The translations under genes and the position numbers were made by a program. A stretch of DNA of 64,000 nucleotides from Promethearchaeia archaeon (GTDB lineage Archaea > Asgardarchaeota > Lokiarchaeia > Sigyniarchaeales > SOKP01), in contig JAHQWG010000016.1 of assembly GCA_029856045.1 (NCBI GenBank), positions 32,001 through 96,000 of the forward strand, given 5' to 3'. The notes under the pieces were generated by a model that ran no database searches, was not told the DNA's origin, and was given only the letters and a program-made list of their open reading frames with translations. How positions within the stretch are numbered: the stretch's first letter is position 1; the number at the start of each line of letters is the position of its first letter. Positions 30,506 through 40,949 of this stretch are shown piece after piece.

Positions 30506-33500
30506 TTATTGAAGTTCTTGTAGCACATTACAAATTATTGAGTCTTGAGACATCTCACATCTAATTTTTAAAAGAGCTATTATTCTCTTTTTAATATCTT
30601 CTTTTTCATATTTTGCTGTTCTTAAAAAGATTTTTGCAACAGATCTTTGTGTATTTATTGGAGTATCAGAAGAAAGTAGCTTTAAAAGAGTAGATAATAA
30701 ATTTTGAATTCCAATTTTATTTATTAATTGAGAAACTGATATAATAGTTTTTTCTCGGACAGAATCTGATGGATCGTTAAGTAAATCAACGATATAAGGA
30801 AAAATTTCATCTAAATCTTCTGAACTATAAATTTTTATCAATTTTATTGAAGATTCCCTTACAATTTCATCATCATCTCTTAAATTTTTGGAAATTTTAT
30901 TAAACGGAATTAATTTTGGGGATATATTTGGGATTTCAGTTAATATTTCCATTGAACTTCTACGTACCCATTTTTGATCATCATCAAGCATTTTAATAAG
31001 TTGATTTAAAATGATATCATAATTCTTGATATCTTTTATTAAATTTCCTAAACTTTTTATGATAGCATCCCTGACTACCCATTCGTCATCAGACATTGAA
31101 TCTATTAACACATTAGCTACTTTATCGGGAGCTTTATGCCCAATAAAAAATAAAACATTAGCTGCTGATTCCCGTACGAAAGGTTCCTTATCTTTTAATA
31201 AATTGATGATAGGGTCAATAGGTATTATCTCAGGGGAATTTTTTGCAATATCTATAAGCGATTTAGACAAAGTTATTTTTACTGATTTTTCTTGTACAAT
31301 TATAGTGTTTAAAAGAACAGAAATTAAAGGTTCGACATAATTGGGCATTCTAATCGCAATAATCGAAATAATCTTAGATGCTTCTGTTTTTAATTGCTTA
31401 GTTCCCTCAGATTTTAAAATATTTATAAAGGGATCAATGTTTATTAAATCAATATAATCTTCTGCTAGTTCAGATAATGAATTAATTGAAGTTAATTTAA
31501 TATATTCTTGATCTGAATTCAAATTTACTAGTAATTTTGGAATAAAAAGTTTAGGATTTTCTTTAACGATATTGATTACAGTTTTGGTTATTATACCTTT
31601 CGTGATAAATTTTGCTGAATCAGGGATTTTAATCAATTTACTAAAAACCATCTCAGGATTTTGTTTTCCAATATTAATAATCATATTGGAAATGCTATTT
31701 TTTATCTGTTCATCATCTGATTTAATATATTTTAATAAGATATCTGTGATTTTCTCAGGATTTGTCTCCCAGATTTTTCCTAATAATCTCAGAATACTAT
31801 ATTGAATTTCTAATTTTGATGAAGCCATCTTACTTAATAAGTAATCCAAATTAAGAGCGGTCGGAACTTCATTATGATATTTTTCTAATGCTTTTATTGC
31901 AGAATTCCTAACAGCTTCATTAGGATCTAAGAGTCCATCTAAAAAAGGTTTTATTGGAATAAAATATTCTTTAAAATTCCCGATTTTAGCTATTGTAGAA
32001 AAAATTTCGGCCCTAACCTCTTTATTTGGGTCATTCATTAGGGATATTAATTCATTAACTGTACTTGAATCTAAATCTTCAATATTAATTCCTTGGAGAG
32101 AAAATGCTGCTGCAGCTCTTACATTCTTATTTGGATGCTTCAATTTTTCAATAACTAAGGCTAAAGGAAATTTTTTAGGGGATTTTACTAAAAATTTAAG
32201 CGTCTCTTCTTGAACCTTATAATCAGAATCTTGTAATAAATGTTCAAACTCTGTTAATGCGATATAATTTAAACTTTGGTTAGGAATTCTTGATAAAACC
32301 ATAATTGCATAATATTTCATATGCCATTCAGTATCTTTGATTAATGATACAAGAACATTGATTGGAATCTGATTTATTAATTTTTTATCTGCTTTAGTTA
32401 AGGTTTCTAAGATGGGGATTTTTTTATCATAATTTGGGCTATTTAATCCTTCAATTATCCATGAAAGTATTGTATCTGGAGCATCTTTTTCAAGTTGAAC
32501 TAATACTTCAGTTGAGATTCTTTTAGAATTAGGATTAGGATCACTTATACCATCAAGTAATGTATTTTTAAATTTATTGCTTGTAAGGTCGATATCTCCC
32601 TTCCGAGGTATTCTCTCAAACATTAATTTTATTGTTTCCTCTGCATGATCCCGTATTTTTTTATCTGAATTTTTAATAAAATTAAATAAAGGGATTGGAT
32701 CAAAAGTTTGCCCGGATTTTGTTATCATTGAATATCTAAGATTTTGAGGGAACTCATTTTTTAAATTGATTACATAAAAAATAATAAAAAATAACAAAAT
32801 AGTTTCTTCAATAATTGCTGCCGGAACAAATTCTATAAACCTAGTATTTATTGGTTGCGTGAAAATCCAAGAATTAAAAATTTTTTCTAATTTACTGGCG
32901 TTTACTATTAAAAAATTGACTAAAACATTTAAACCAACAGCTGCAATTAAATACCCTGCAAAATATACATCAATTCCTCTGTATTTAATTTTTCGACCCC
33001 AAAATCTAGTAAAATAACCAATAATGCCAAATATCAATACTATAATAACCATCCAAGCATAGGACATGGTAGATATTGCCATTGAACCAGAAAAGTAGTA
33101 ATTTATAGTTTGTATTAATGAGATCCATGTCCAAACAAATACAAACAACATAACTCCAAGAATTATGTAAGGGGCTGGATCTCTGCCAAATTCTTCCATA
33201 GAACGCTTACTATTTTCAAATCCTAGAAAGAGATATCTATTTAACTCAGGTAGATGATAATATACATTACTTATTCCAGCTACATACCCTTTTGCTCCAT
33301 AGAATGTTAAAATCATTAAGGGATAAACTAACATCCATGACATCCAAATAATAATAACAGGAACGTTTGTGATTAACCATATCATAATAGGGGGAAAAAT
33401 AAAAATTATAAAATATAAAAGAACAGCAACAAGGAGAGAATAGGGTTTTGGAAATCGATTTATGATTTTTTTTCCAAGAAATTCATGAAAAGGAGTTAGA

Positions 33501-33898
33501 CCTTCACTCTTGTTCTCAGTCCATGCAATAAAGATAAAATCAAAGAGGGGATACCCTGAGATATAAAAAAGACCTGCAATCATTGGAAGGATTAATGCAT
33601 AAGGTGAAATCTCTGGAGGTGATACTCCTAATTGCCAAAATTCAGGAGTTTCGATAATAAAAATAACAATCATTGCAATAATCGTTATTGTTGCTAATCC
33701 AAAGATTAAACCGTAAATAACGCACACAAACCGATCCAAAATTGAAAATTCTCCTTTTTTAACAATAGAAACCTGTTTATAAATAAGTAAAAATCCGAAA
33801 ATGCTCGTACCAATGTAAAAAAACAATAATAAAATAGAAGTATCATTCCATGAGAATTGTAAATTGAATAGATCTCCGAAGATCCCCATATTAAACAC
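30506..33898 (-). CDS. Multi-TM membrane protein fused to a long HEAT-repeat solenoid
   Basis: About 9 hydrophobic helices in the first ~380 aa, then repeated L.D....VR..A...L units over ~730 aa. Confidence 0.8.
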   Translation of the reverse strand: MFNMGIFGDLFNLQFSWNDTSILLLFFYIGTSIFGFLLIYKQVSIVKKGEFSILDRFVCVIYGLIFGLATITIIAMIVIFIIETPEFWQLGVSPPEISPYALILPMIAGLFYISGYPLFDFIFIAWTENKSEGLTPFHEFLGKKIINRFPKPYSLLVAVLLYFIIFIFPPIMIWLITNVPVIIIWMSWMLVYPLMILTFYGAKGYVAGISNVYYHLPELNRYLFLGFENSKRSMEEFGRDPAPYIILGVMLFVFVWTWISLIQTINYYFSGSMAISTMSYAWMVIIVLIFGIIGYFTRFWGRKIKYRGIDVYFAGYLIAAVGLNVLVNFLIVNASKLEKIFNSWIFTQPINTRFIEFVPAAIIEETILLFFIIFYVINLKNEFPQNLRYSMITKSGQTFDPIPLFNFIKNSDKKIRDHAEETIKLMFERIPRKGDIDLTSNKFKNTLLDGISDPNPNSKRISTEVLVQLEKDAPDTILSWIIEGLNSPNYDKKIPILETLTKADKKLINQIPINVLVSLIKDTEWHMKYYAIMVLSRIPNQSLNYIALTEFEHLLQDSDYKVQEETLKFLVKSPKKFPLALVIEKLKHPNKNVRAAAAFSLQGINIEDLDSSTVNELISLMNDPNKEVRAEIFSTIAKIGNFKEYFIPIKPFLDGLLDPNEAVRNSAIKALEKYHNEVPTALNLDYLLSKMASSKLEIQYSILRLLGKIWETNPEKITDILLKYIKSDDEQIKNSISNMIINIGKQNPEMVFSKLIKIPDSAKFITKGIITKTVINIVKENPKLFIPKLLVNLNSDQEYIKLTSINSLSELAEDYIDLINIDPFINILKSEGTKQLKTEASKIISIIAIRMPNYVEPLISVLLNTIIVQEKSVKITLSKSLIDIAKNSPEIIPIDPIINLLKDKEPFVRESAANVLFFIGHKAPDKVANVLIDSMSDDEWVVRDAIIKSLGNLIKDIKNYDIILNQLIKMLDDDQKWVRRSSMEILTEIPNISPKLIPFNKISKNLRDDDEIVRESSIKLIKIYSSEDLDEIFPYIVDLLNDPSDSVREKTIISVSQLINKIGIQNLLSTLLKLLSSDTPINTQRSVAKIFLRTAKYEKEDIKKRIIALLKIRCEMSQDSIICNVLQELQ

Positions 33899-34071
33899 TT
33901 TAAATTTTAGAATAATTAAGGAATTTTCTAATTAAATTAAATTTTATATTGTTATTTTAATATTAAATTTTAAAAAAGTAATGAATCTTATTATTTTAAT
34001 ATACTTTAAGTTATAATTTATTTGTGAATTTTTCTTTAGAATTGACAATCTTATTGAGTTAGTATATTAGA

Positions 34072-34623
34072 ATGCTAAAATTAGAAACAGACATCAGCTC
34101 TTATTTAGAGAGATTGAAGTTTATTTTTATAAACAAAATGATAGTTGTAGAATGTATTAAGGATAGTGATAGAATTAATTTATTTAGTGAAAATATTGGA
34201 CCTTTCAAAAGAGGACAAACTTATAAATTACCGTTTTGGAAAATAAAACCTTTTATTGAAAGAAACTATGTAAAAATTCAATCAGAGAATGATGTTAACA
34301 GTTCTTTAATTCAACAATTTGCAGAAAATGAACGAGATAATGCAAAATTGATAAAAAAAGAACATGATTTTTTTATAGAAATTAAAGAACTTAAGAAAAT
34401 AATTAAAAATAAAATTGAGAATGGTATAATTCCTAAAGAAGAATTGATTAAATTCCAATTGCATTTGGAATTTTTTTTGCATCAAAGAATCGCAAAAATT
34501 GAAAAATTGGCTACTAGTACCCCATCAATTGAGATATTGGGAAGATTAACCGATACAGAAAAGATATTATTTAAGGGATTTGAGAGTTTAATAAAAGAAT
34601 TTAAAGAATTTATATTAAATTAA
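34072..34623 (+). CDS. GINS subunit, B-A domain order (Gins23/Psf2-Psf3-like)
   Basis: N-terminal beta B-domain (IGPFKRGQTYKLPFW) followed by a helical A-domain (RIAKI...LTDTEK); close to mcm. Confidence 0.72.
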   Translation: MLKLETDISSYLERLKFIFINKMIVVECIKDSDRINLFSENIGPFKRGQTYKLPFWKIKPFIERNYVKIQSENDVNSSLIQQFAENERDNAKLIKKEHDFFIEIKELKKIIKNKIENGIIPKEELIKFQLHLEFFLHQRIAKIEKLATSTPSIEILGRLTDTEKILFKGFESLIKEFKEFILN

Positions 34624-34642
34624 ACCTTCTAATTTTTCCTCT

Positions 34643-37315
34643 TTATTCAATAAAATCATAATAATTAATAATTTTAACAAATAATTTTAATAACCATATT
34701 GGAAGCAAGCTGCTTCCATAATCCAATAACATTAAATAATCGCTTTCTTTTGAATGCAATTCATTTTTAAAGTCAGGAAAATATAAGCCCCCACTAGCTT
34801 TTGGAGGACACCCAAAACTTAAACACAACTTCCAAGGCACGACAATATCAGTTGTTATATTCCAATTTTCTAAATTTTTTCGTGTAGCAATCCAACTGGA
34901 ATCACTATGAATTTGCAGTTTTTCCCCAGTTATTAAAAATATCTCTCCGAATACATTAATTGGGCCAATCCCTGTAATATAATCAATATTTTCTATTCCA
35001 ATTACATTTTTTCCTATTTTTAGAAATTTTCTAATATCAAAGATTTGAATGTTATTTTCTAACATGTTATAATTTAATGATTGTCGAGAAATGACGTGTC
35101 CAAGATATTCACCATTAATATAGACTTTGGAGAAACATCCAGCAATAACTTGTAAAAAGGCGTTTTTAATTTCCTCTTTAATCTCAATTATCTTTTTAAA
35201 ATAAGTGGGGGTACATCTTGCCTTTTTTGCTTCTGATTTCTCTTTTTCTTTAAGTGACTTAATAAAATAGCTATTAAAACTTCTTACTCTATCAGCTTTC
35301 AAGTAAATCCATTCACTAGGAATATTAGGGTTTTCCCATTCACTATTTTTTTTTAATTGTTCAATTTTATCATCATAAAATCTTACTAGCCAATAATAAT
35401 TATTTTTTAAGGTTGTGAAGCAATCAGATTTTGCGCTTTTTAACCATAAATACTCATAATCTTTAAATAAATTGGTAATTTCATCTTTTAAATCCACAAT
35501 CTCGCTACGTATTTTAGTAATTTTCTCTTTTTTTGCTTTTTTAAGATTGAGTTTAACTAATTTTTTTGAATTTATTTGTCTCTTACAAAAGAATTGTATT
35601 TGTTTCGCAACAAATCTTAAATTTTCAATATTGATTTTATTTTTCAATACAATATTTTCTAATTCAGAACAGTTTTCAATTATTTTATCCATATCATTGA
35701 TAATATTATTAAAGTCCTTTATCTTCCTAGTTCTCTTATATTTTGATGAATTTTTTCCGAAAGGATGGCTAAAAAATTTATTATAAAACCTTTTCCATCT
35801 AAAATGTAGTAATTTTTCATCTTGAATTCTTCGAAATATATCAATAATTTCTTTAGTCCTATCATCATATAACCCAAAGAAATGAAGTATAAGTTTTTTC
35901 CAAAATTCTTCTAAATCAATTTCTTTTCCCGGGTTCCAGCCAACTTCTGCAGAAAGAATAAATCCATATAATCGATTTTCTCTTATTTCTTTATTTCGGA
36001 AATCACCCCATGCAGACGTGATTTCCCCTAACATTCCACCCAATTCATAACCATATTTTATGAGATTGATAATATTTTTTTCAAAACCTGATATTGACGG
36101 GAATGGACGATTATAATCCCAAATTGAAGGACTTACAATAAATGGGAGGTCAAAACTTTTTATTTTATCTAATATTTTGTGTTTTTTTCTTGTGTTATAT
36201 TTCCAGTACATTATAATCATATCTTTGGGAAGATCTTCGAGTACTTCTGGATATTTATAGAGAATATCATGATAAATAATCACATATTTATTCCCATATT
36301 TTTTTACAGTATCATATATCTTGTTATAATGATTAAGATAAGCCTGAGCAATACCAATTTCTTCTACATACTCAGAAGATGCTCCTTTTCCTACATCCCA
36401 ACTCTCATCAGCAGCTATATGGAAATATTCTGTATCAAATGCTTCGCTTAATTCTCCAATCATCTCATCTAATAGGGGATATATTTCTTCATTACTGATA
36501 TTTAAACTATTAGAGCCGGGAAATTCCCCAAATTGCCAGTAATTTTGATTACTTAAGATATTTTCCCAATGACCAATTGTTTGAAATATTGGAATTAATT
36601 CAACAAAATGTTTTTTTGCATATTGAGATACTTCTTTAATTTCTTCTTTAGTATAAGATCCACGATTTTTGCCAATTTCAGGGTGATTTCGAAATTTAAA
36701 CATATCTTGCATATATACGAGGTAATATTGATTAATCTTAAAATGGCTTAATTCCAGAATGAAACGTTTAAGATTTTCAACAGTTGGGGCTTGACCTCGT
36801 GAAATATCATCTGAAATCCCCCTAATTAGCAATAAAGGATAATCAATTATGCAAAATTCAGGAAAAATTAACTTATTTTCTACACAATTTAATAATTGAA
36901 AAAAGGTTTGAACTCCATAAAATATACCTTGAGCACTTTCGGCTTGGATAATTAAATTAGTCCCTAATGTGTTTAAAGTATAACCTTGTTGTAAGAAATT
37001 ATCTTGATTTATTATTTGATTAATATTTATTTCTGAAAAGGTTTCTTGAAGAAAAATTAAATTCTCATTATCATTTTCTAATTTTTGAACCTTAATTATT
37101 TCTAAATTTTCAGATAAACCAAATTCAATTAATTTATCTTGGAGTTGTGAAATGACGTGCTTAAACTCCTCTGGTAAATTAGTTTTAATCTGTGATTTAG
37201 AAGTAATTTTATTATTTTTTTTAAAAATCTTAATGAATTGTGGTTCAGGTAATATTTTTATTTCATTTAAATTGAAATCTGAAGTTTTTTTAATTGAATC
37301 TATTATTAAAAACAT
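34643..37315 (-). CDS. Glycoside hydrolase family 20 (beta-N-acetylhexosaminidase) with C-terminal beta-sandwich
   Basis: [19 protein letters not shown]...RG...DISRG, GHWE and the catalytic HIAADE motif. Confidence 0.85.
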   Translation of the reverse strand: MFLIIDSIKKTSDFNLNEIKILPEPQFIKIFKKNNKITSKSQIKTNLPEEFKHVISQLQDKLIEFGLSENLEIIKVQKLENDNENLIFLQETFSEININQIINQDNFLQQGYTLNTLGTNLIIQAESAQGIFYGVQTFFQLLNCVENKLIFPEFCIIDYPLLLIRGISDDISRGQAPTVENLKRFILELSHFKINQYYLVYMQDMFKFRNHPEIGKNRGSYTKEEIKEVSQYAKKHFVELIPIFQTIGHWENILSNQNYWQFGEFPGSNSLNISNEEIYPLLDEMIGELSEAFDTEYFHIAADESWDVGKGASSEYVEEIGIAQAYLNHYNKIYDTVKKYGNKYVIIYHDILYKYPEVLEDLPKDMIIMYWKYNTRKKHKILDKIKSFDLPFIVSPSIWDYNRPFPSISGFEKNIINLIKYGYELGGMLGEITSAWGDFRNKEIRENRLYGFILSAEVGWNPGKEIDLEEFWKKLILHFFGLYDDRTKEIIDIFRRIQDEKLLHFRWKRFYNKFFSHPFGKNSSKYKRTRKIKDFNNIINDMDKIIENCSELENIVLKNKINIENLRFVAKQIQFFCKRQINSKKLVKLNLKKAKKEKITKIRSEIVDLKDEITNLFKDYEYLWLKSAKSDCFTTLKNNYYWLVRFYDDKIEQLKKNSEWENPNIPSEWIYLKADRVRSFNSYFIKSLKEKEKSEAKKARCTPTYFKKIIEIKEEIKNAFLQVIAGCFSKVYINGEYLGHVISRQSLNYNMLENNIQIFDIRKFLKIGKNVIGIENIDYITGIGPINVFGEIFLITGEKLQIHSDSSWIATRKNLENWNITTDIVVPWKLCLSFGCPPKASGGLYFPDFKNELHSKESDYLMLLDYGSSLLPIWLLKLFVKIINYYDFIE

Positions 37316-37412
37316 TTCTTTCAGTTGCTATTTTAAGTTGATCTATTAAACAAAATTTAAAACTTAATCTATGGAAAAAAATTTTTCTAATATTAAATAT
37401 TATAATACTTAA

Positions 37413-38432
37413 ATGGAAGAAGTACTTACAGACATATTTTTAATTAAGGAAAAAGGTGCTTGGGGTGCATATAAACCAACACAAAATATTTACATACTAG
37501 TTGGGACTGGAGGCAATGATGGATTAATCTATGATGCTGGATATGGCAATAAAAAGACAGTTAAGTATCTTGTAGCTCAAATTAATAAACTAAGAAATTT
37601 TTTTAAAGAAAAGAATAAGGAATTTAACCTTTCTCGACTTCTTGTGAGTCATGCCCATCCAGATCATTTTTCTGGCGCAATAAAATTAAGAAAATATTTA
37701 GGAATAAAAATTATTCTTACAGAAAAAACAGCAAGGAAACTCAGTGATATAAAATATTTTTCTCAAAATTTTGAAGCCTCAAATGAAAAAGTATTAAAAA
37801 AGAAGAAATCTTGGTTTAAACGATTTAAAGGTTATTTCTTGACACAATTTGGTCATTTTTTTTTCAAAAGAGTATATGGACTAACATTAATTAAAAATCC
37901 TGATATTATTATTCCTGAAAATTGTGAAATTTTAATTAATGGAGAGAAATGGAAAATATTTCCATCTCCTGGACATAGCTCTGATCATATATCACTTTAT
38001 AATGAGAAAAAGGGAGTCTTATTTTCAGGTGATAATGTACTAAGTTCAATTACTACGTGGCTTGGTCCACCTGATTCAAATTTAGAAGATTATATAAGTT
38101 GGGTTAAAGAAATCTCAAACCTTCCAAATCTTAAACTAATTTTAGGAGCCCATGGAAGTGTAATTAAAGATCCAAGGCAGAGGCTTAAGGAAATATTGGA
38201 ACATAGAGAAGATAGAACAAAACAAATTGAAGAACTTGTAATGAAAAATAATGAAAATGGAGCTACAGTAACTGCAATCACTAAAGAATTATACCCCGGC
38301 GAAAGTCGGATGAAACACCGGATGGCAAAAGGATATGTAGTGTTAACACTTCGATATTTAGAAAAGAATCAAAAAATTTATAGCAAAATTGATAAGAAAA
38401 GTAAAATAAAATATTTTCCGATTAGGAGCTAA
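37413..38432 (+). CDS. Metallo-beta-lactamase-fold hydrolase with C-terminal winged helix
   Basis: SHAHPDH, PGHSSDH, FSGD, GAHG motifs. Confidence 0.88.
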   Translation: MEEVLTDIFLIKEKGAWGAYKPTQNIYILVGTGGNDGLIYDAGYGNKKTVKYLVAQINKLRNFFKEKNKEFNLSRLLVSHAHPDHFSGAIKLRKYLGIKIILTEKTARKLSDIKYFSQNFEASNEKVLKKKKSWFKRFKGYFLTQFGHFFFKRVYGLTLIKNPDIIIPENCEILINGEKWKIFPSPGHSSDHISLYNEKKGVLFSGDNVLSSITTWLGPPDSNLEDYISWVKEISNLPNLKLILGAHGSVIKDPRQRLKEILEHREDRTKQIEELVMKNNENGATVTAITKELYPGESRMKHRMAKGYVVLTLRYLEKNQKIYSKIDKKSKIKYFPIRS

Positions 38433-38444
38433 AATATTTTAATT

Positions 38445-39197
38445 TTAAATTTTCGCCAAAGAAATGATTTCTTTTATTTTGGCTTGATCTTGAAATTTAG
38501 AATAATCTTCAAAATATTCTCTTATAATCGAATATTCTTGGGGGTCGAATTTATCTTCAAGCCAATGAAGTTTGGATTTAAAGGGAATTAAGGAATAAAG
38601 ACTATACCCCAATTCTTCAGCTTTTTCTTTAGCTCCTTGTTCTCGATCTAAGAGAACAACAAAATCCTTACAGCTAACCTTGATATTTCGCTTTTTAGCA
38701 ACATACTTTAATTGTTCAAGGGCTAAGATTTTACTCGTAAATTTTGTAACTAAATCATCAATAATAACAATTTTATCATTATTTTCAATATCGCCTTCTA
38801 TTAATTTATGGTCGCCATATTGTGAAATAAATTTTTCAAAATCTTCTAAATTTTTTACATTTTCAAGCTTTCTAGTATATAAGGAAGGTATTCCAGAGAA
38901 AGCTGTTATAGAGGTAGCTATATAAATTCCAGTCATAGCAATACCTATAACTTTATCTACTTGGCCAATTTCATTCTTAATCAACTTTCCAAGGCTATTT
39001 CCAATAAGTTCTAATAATTTTTGAGCATTCTTTTTACTCGTTAATTCTCTTAGGGAGATATATATTGGGCTCCACAAGCCACTATGTAAAGTCCATCCTT
39101 CTTTTGTATCCCTATACCAAGTTTTAATAGCTCGAATTTGATATAATTCTTCAAGAATTTGTTTTCCGAGTTTTTCCTTTTCTTCTTTCCAAATCAT
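38445..39197 (-). CDS. pyrE: Orotate phosphoribosyltransferase
   Basis: LHSGLWSPIYI, PRPP-binding IIDDLVT, LLDREQG motifs. Confidence 0.8.
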   Translation of the reverse strand: MIWKEEKEKLGKQILEELYQIRAIKTWYRDTKEGWTLHSGLWSPIYISLRELTSKKNAQKLLELIGNSLGKLIKNEIGQVDKVIGIAMTGIYIATSITAFSGIPSLYTRKLENVKNLEDFEKFISQYGDHKLIEGDIENNDKIVIIDDLVTKFTSKILALEQLKYVAKKRNIKVSCKDFVVLLDREQGAKEKAEELGYSLYSLIPFKSKLHWLEDKFDPQEYSIIREYFEDYSKFQDQAKIKEIISLAKI

Positions 39198-39206
39198 TTT
39201 TAGTTA

Positions 39207-39749
39207 TTAATCGCCAATTTCTGCTTGTAATTTTAATAATTTTTTTCTTTCTGAGGCGTATTCTTCATTAGATACCTTTTCTTCTAGCCAATCTTTCTCA
39301 AGTTGTTCCATTTTTTTACGCATTTGCTCTAACTGTTTTTTCTTTTTGGCTTTCTCAAAGTTATTTAACGCTTTTTGGGCTAATTTTTTAATTTTTTCAT
39401 TTTCATCTTTAAGGAGTTTTTCTAGATAAGGTATAATTGGTTTAGCCATTTCAGTTTTTTTCCTAGTAATCTCCTCTAAACGTGTTAATAACGTTAATCT
39501 TTCCTCACTATTTTCTGTTTCCAAACCCTTAGCCATTAAGGGGATTGCAACATCTTTAATAAGTTCGTCCAAGTGTTTATTTATTTCAGATCTTAATTTA
39601 TTATTAGTAAATCTTGATAAATGGTCTTTTCGATAGTTTTCGATAATTACAATTGGAATCTCGGGAGACCAATCCATCATTTTCTCTTTATCAATTAATT
39701 GAACGATGCCACCATCGATATTTTTATTATTTTTATAAAATATTTTCAT
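39207..39749 (-). CDS. Hypothetical helical protein (short HEAT-like repeats, SHOCT-like tail)
   Basis: 180-aa ORF abutting top6A; PYLEKLLKDENEKIKKLA and VSNEEYASERKKLL patterns. Confidence 0.55.
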   Translation of the reverse strand: MKIFYKNNKNIDGGIVQLIDKEKMMDWSPEIPIVIIENYRKDHLSRFTNNKLRSEINKHLDELIKDVAIPLMAKGLETENSEERLTLLTRLEEITRKKTEMAKPIIPYLEKLLKDENEKIKKLAQKALNNFEKAKKKKQLEQMRKKMEQLEKDWLEEKVSNEEYASERKKLLKLQAEIGD

Positions 39750-39750
39750 C

Positions 39751-40935
39751 TTATATCCAATCTCCCGTAGTTAATTTTGTTGGTAAATATTTATCGGCTA
39801 AAAAGTTAAATCCATGAGAAGTAAAAGCTTGTATTTCCGCCTTTATTTTTAATTTAAGGGCTAAATTGAGATCTGCTTCCCATTTTTTATTTTTTTTAAC
39901 GAACTTTTCATTTAACATATCCTTTATTCTTTTAATGTCATTTGAATTCATAGGAATTCTAGCTTCTTGAGGTATTTTATATTCATCGAGATCTTTAGTT
40001 AGTACACCAAGGAGTTTAATATTGGGAGTTGCGAGAAACGGTGATTCGTAGCTTAACCTTTTAGAGCCTCTTAAATAAACAGAATGAATATAATGCCCAT
40101 ATGGATCACTATCAACTAATGAAAAGACTGGTAGATTCAATTCTTTACTAAGACGCTTTAAAAACATTCTAACTGCAACATTTCCAACGCCTTGAGCTGT
40201 TATCAGGATACTAGGATATTTTTCCCAGAATTTATGCTTGTTAAGGCGCATCATAGCGGCGTCTTTTTCAATTACTAAAATAAATTCGGCATCTGATTCA
40301 ATAATATCTATTTCATCTAACATAGTAGATACTTGCCAATATCCACTTCCTATCCTTTCAAGGTCAATTATTTCAGTACCATCTCTAATTCTAAGTTTAC
40401 CAACACACGCACCTCTTGGAGCAGCAATAATGTGAGTTGAATTTCTTATAGTATATAACATAGTAGAAATATCTTCTATATTTTTATCACTATTCTTTTG
40501 ATCTTGAAATAATTTCACAGCAGTATAGAAAATTTCACGTTTCGTTGCGTAATCATTTGTTTTAAGGAGTTCGTAGATCTTTTCTAAAACTTTCATTAAT
40601 CTAGTAATATCAACAACGCTAGTAAGACTGTGAAAGTGTTTTTCTACTATCTGCTTTCCTAATAGCAATAAGTCGTTTTCCTCGTCCCATATTATATTTG
40701 ATCCTGACCTCGAGGGCAGTTTAATTGAAGGTCGACCAGTTGTGTAAATTACCTGGACTAATTTATCTACAAGTTCGTTAATTCTTATAATTGTGTTTTT
40801 TACAGGAAGATCTTCGATTTTAATTGTATCTTCTGGAAATTTTATTTCCTTTTTTTGTTGTCCTATTTCTAAATATTGGCTTAATAGATCTTTAGTAGCT
40901 TTTAAATCGTAATTTTCTTTACTCTTTGATGCCAT
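39751..40935 (-). CDS. top6A: DNA topoisomerase VI subunit A
   Basis: TKREIFY catalytic Tyr, IEKDA, DSDPYG TOPRIM motif, KAEIQA. Confidence 0.94.
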   Translation of the reverse strand: MASKSKENYDLKATKDLLSQYLEIGQQKKEIKFPEDTIKIEDLPVKNTIIRINELVDKLVQVIYTTGRPSIKLPSRSGSNIIWDEENDLLLLGKQIVEKHFHSLTSVVDITRLMKVLEKIYELLKTNDYATKREIFYTAVKLFQDQKNSDKNIEDISTMLYTIRNSTHIIAAPRGACVGKLRIRDGTEIIDLERIGSGYWQVSTMLDEIDIIESDAEFILVIEKDAAMMRLNKHKFWEKYPSILITAQGVGNVAVRMFLKRLSKELNLPVFSLVDSDPYGHYIHSVYLRGSKRLSYESPFLATPNIKLLGVLTKDLDEYKIPQEARIPMNSNDIKRIKDMLNEKFVKKNKKWEADLNLALKLKIKAEIQAFTSHGFNFLADKYLPTKLTTGDWI

Positions 40936-40949
40936 TATATTTACCTATT

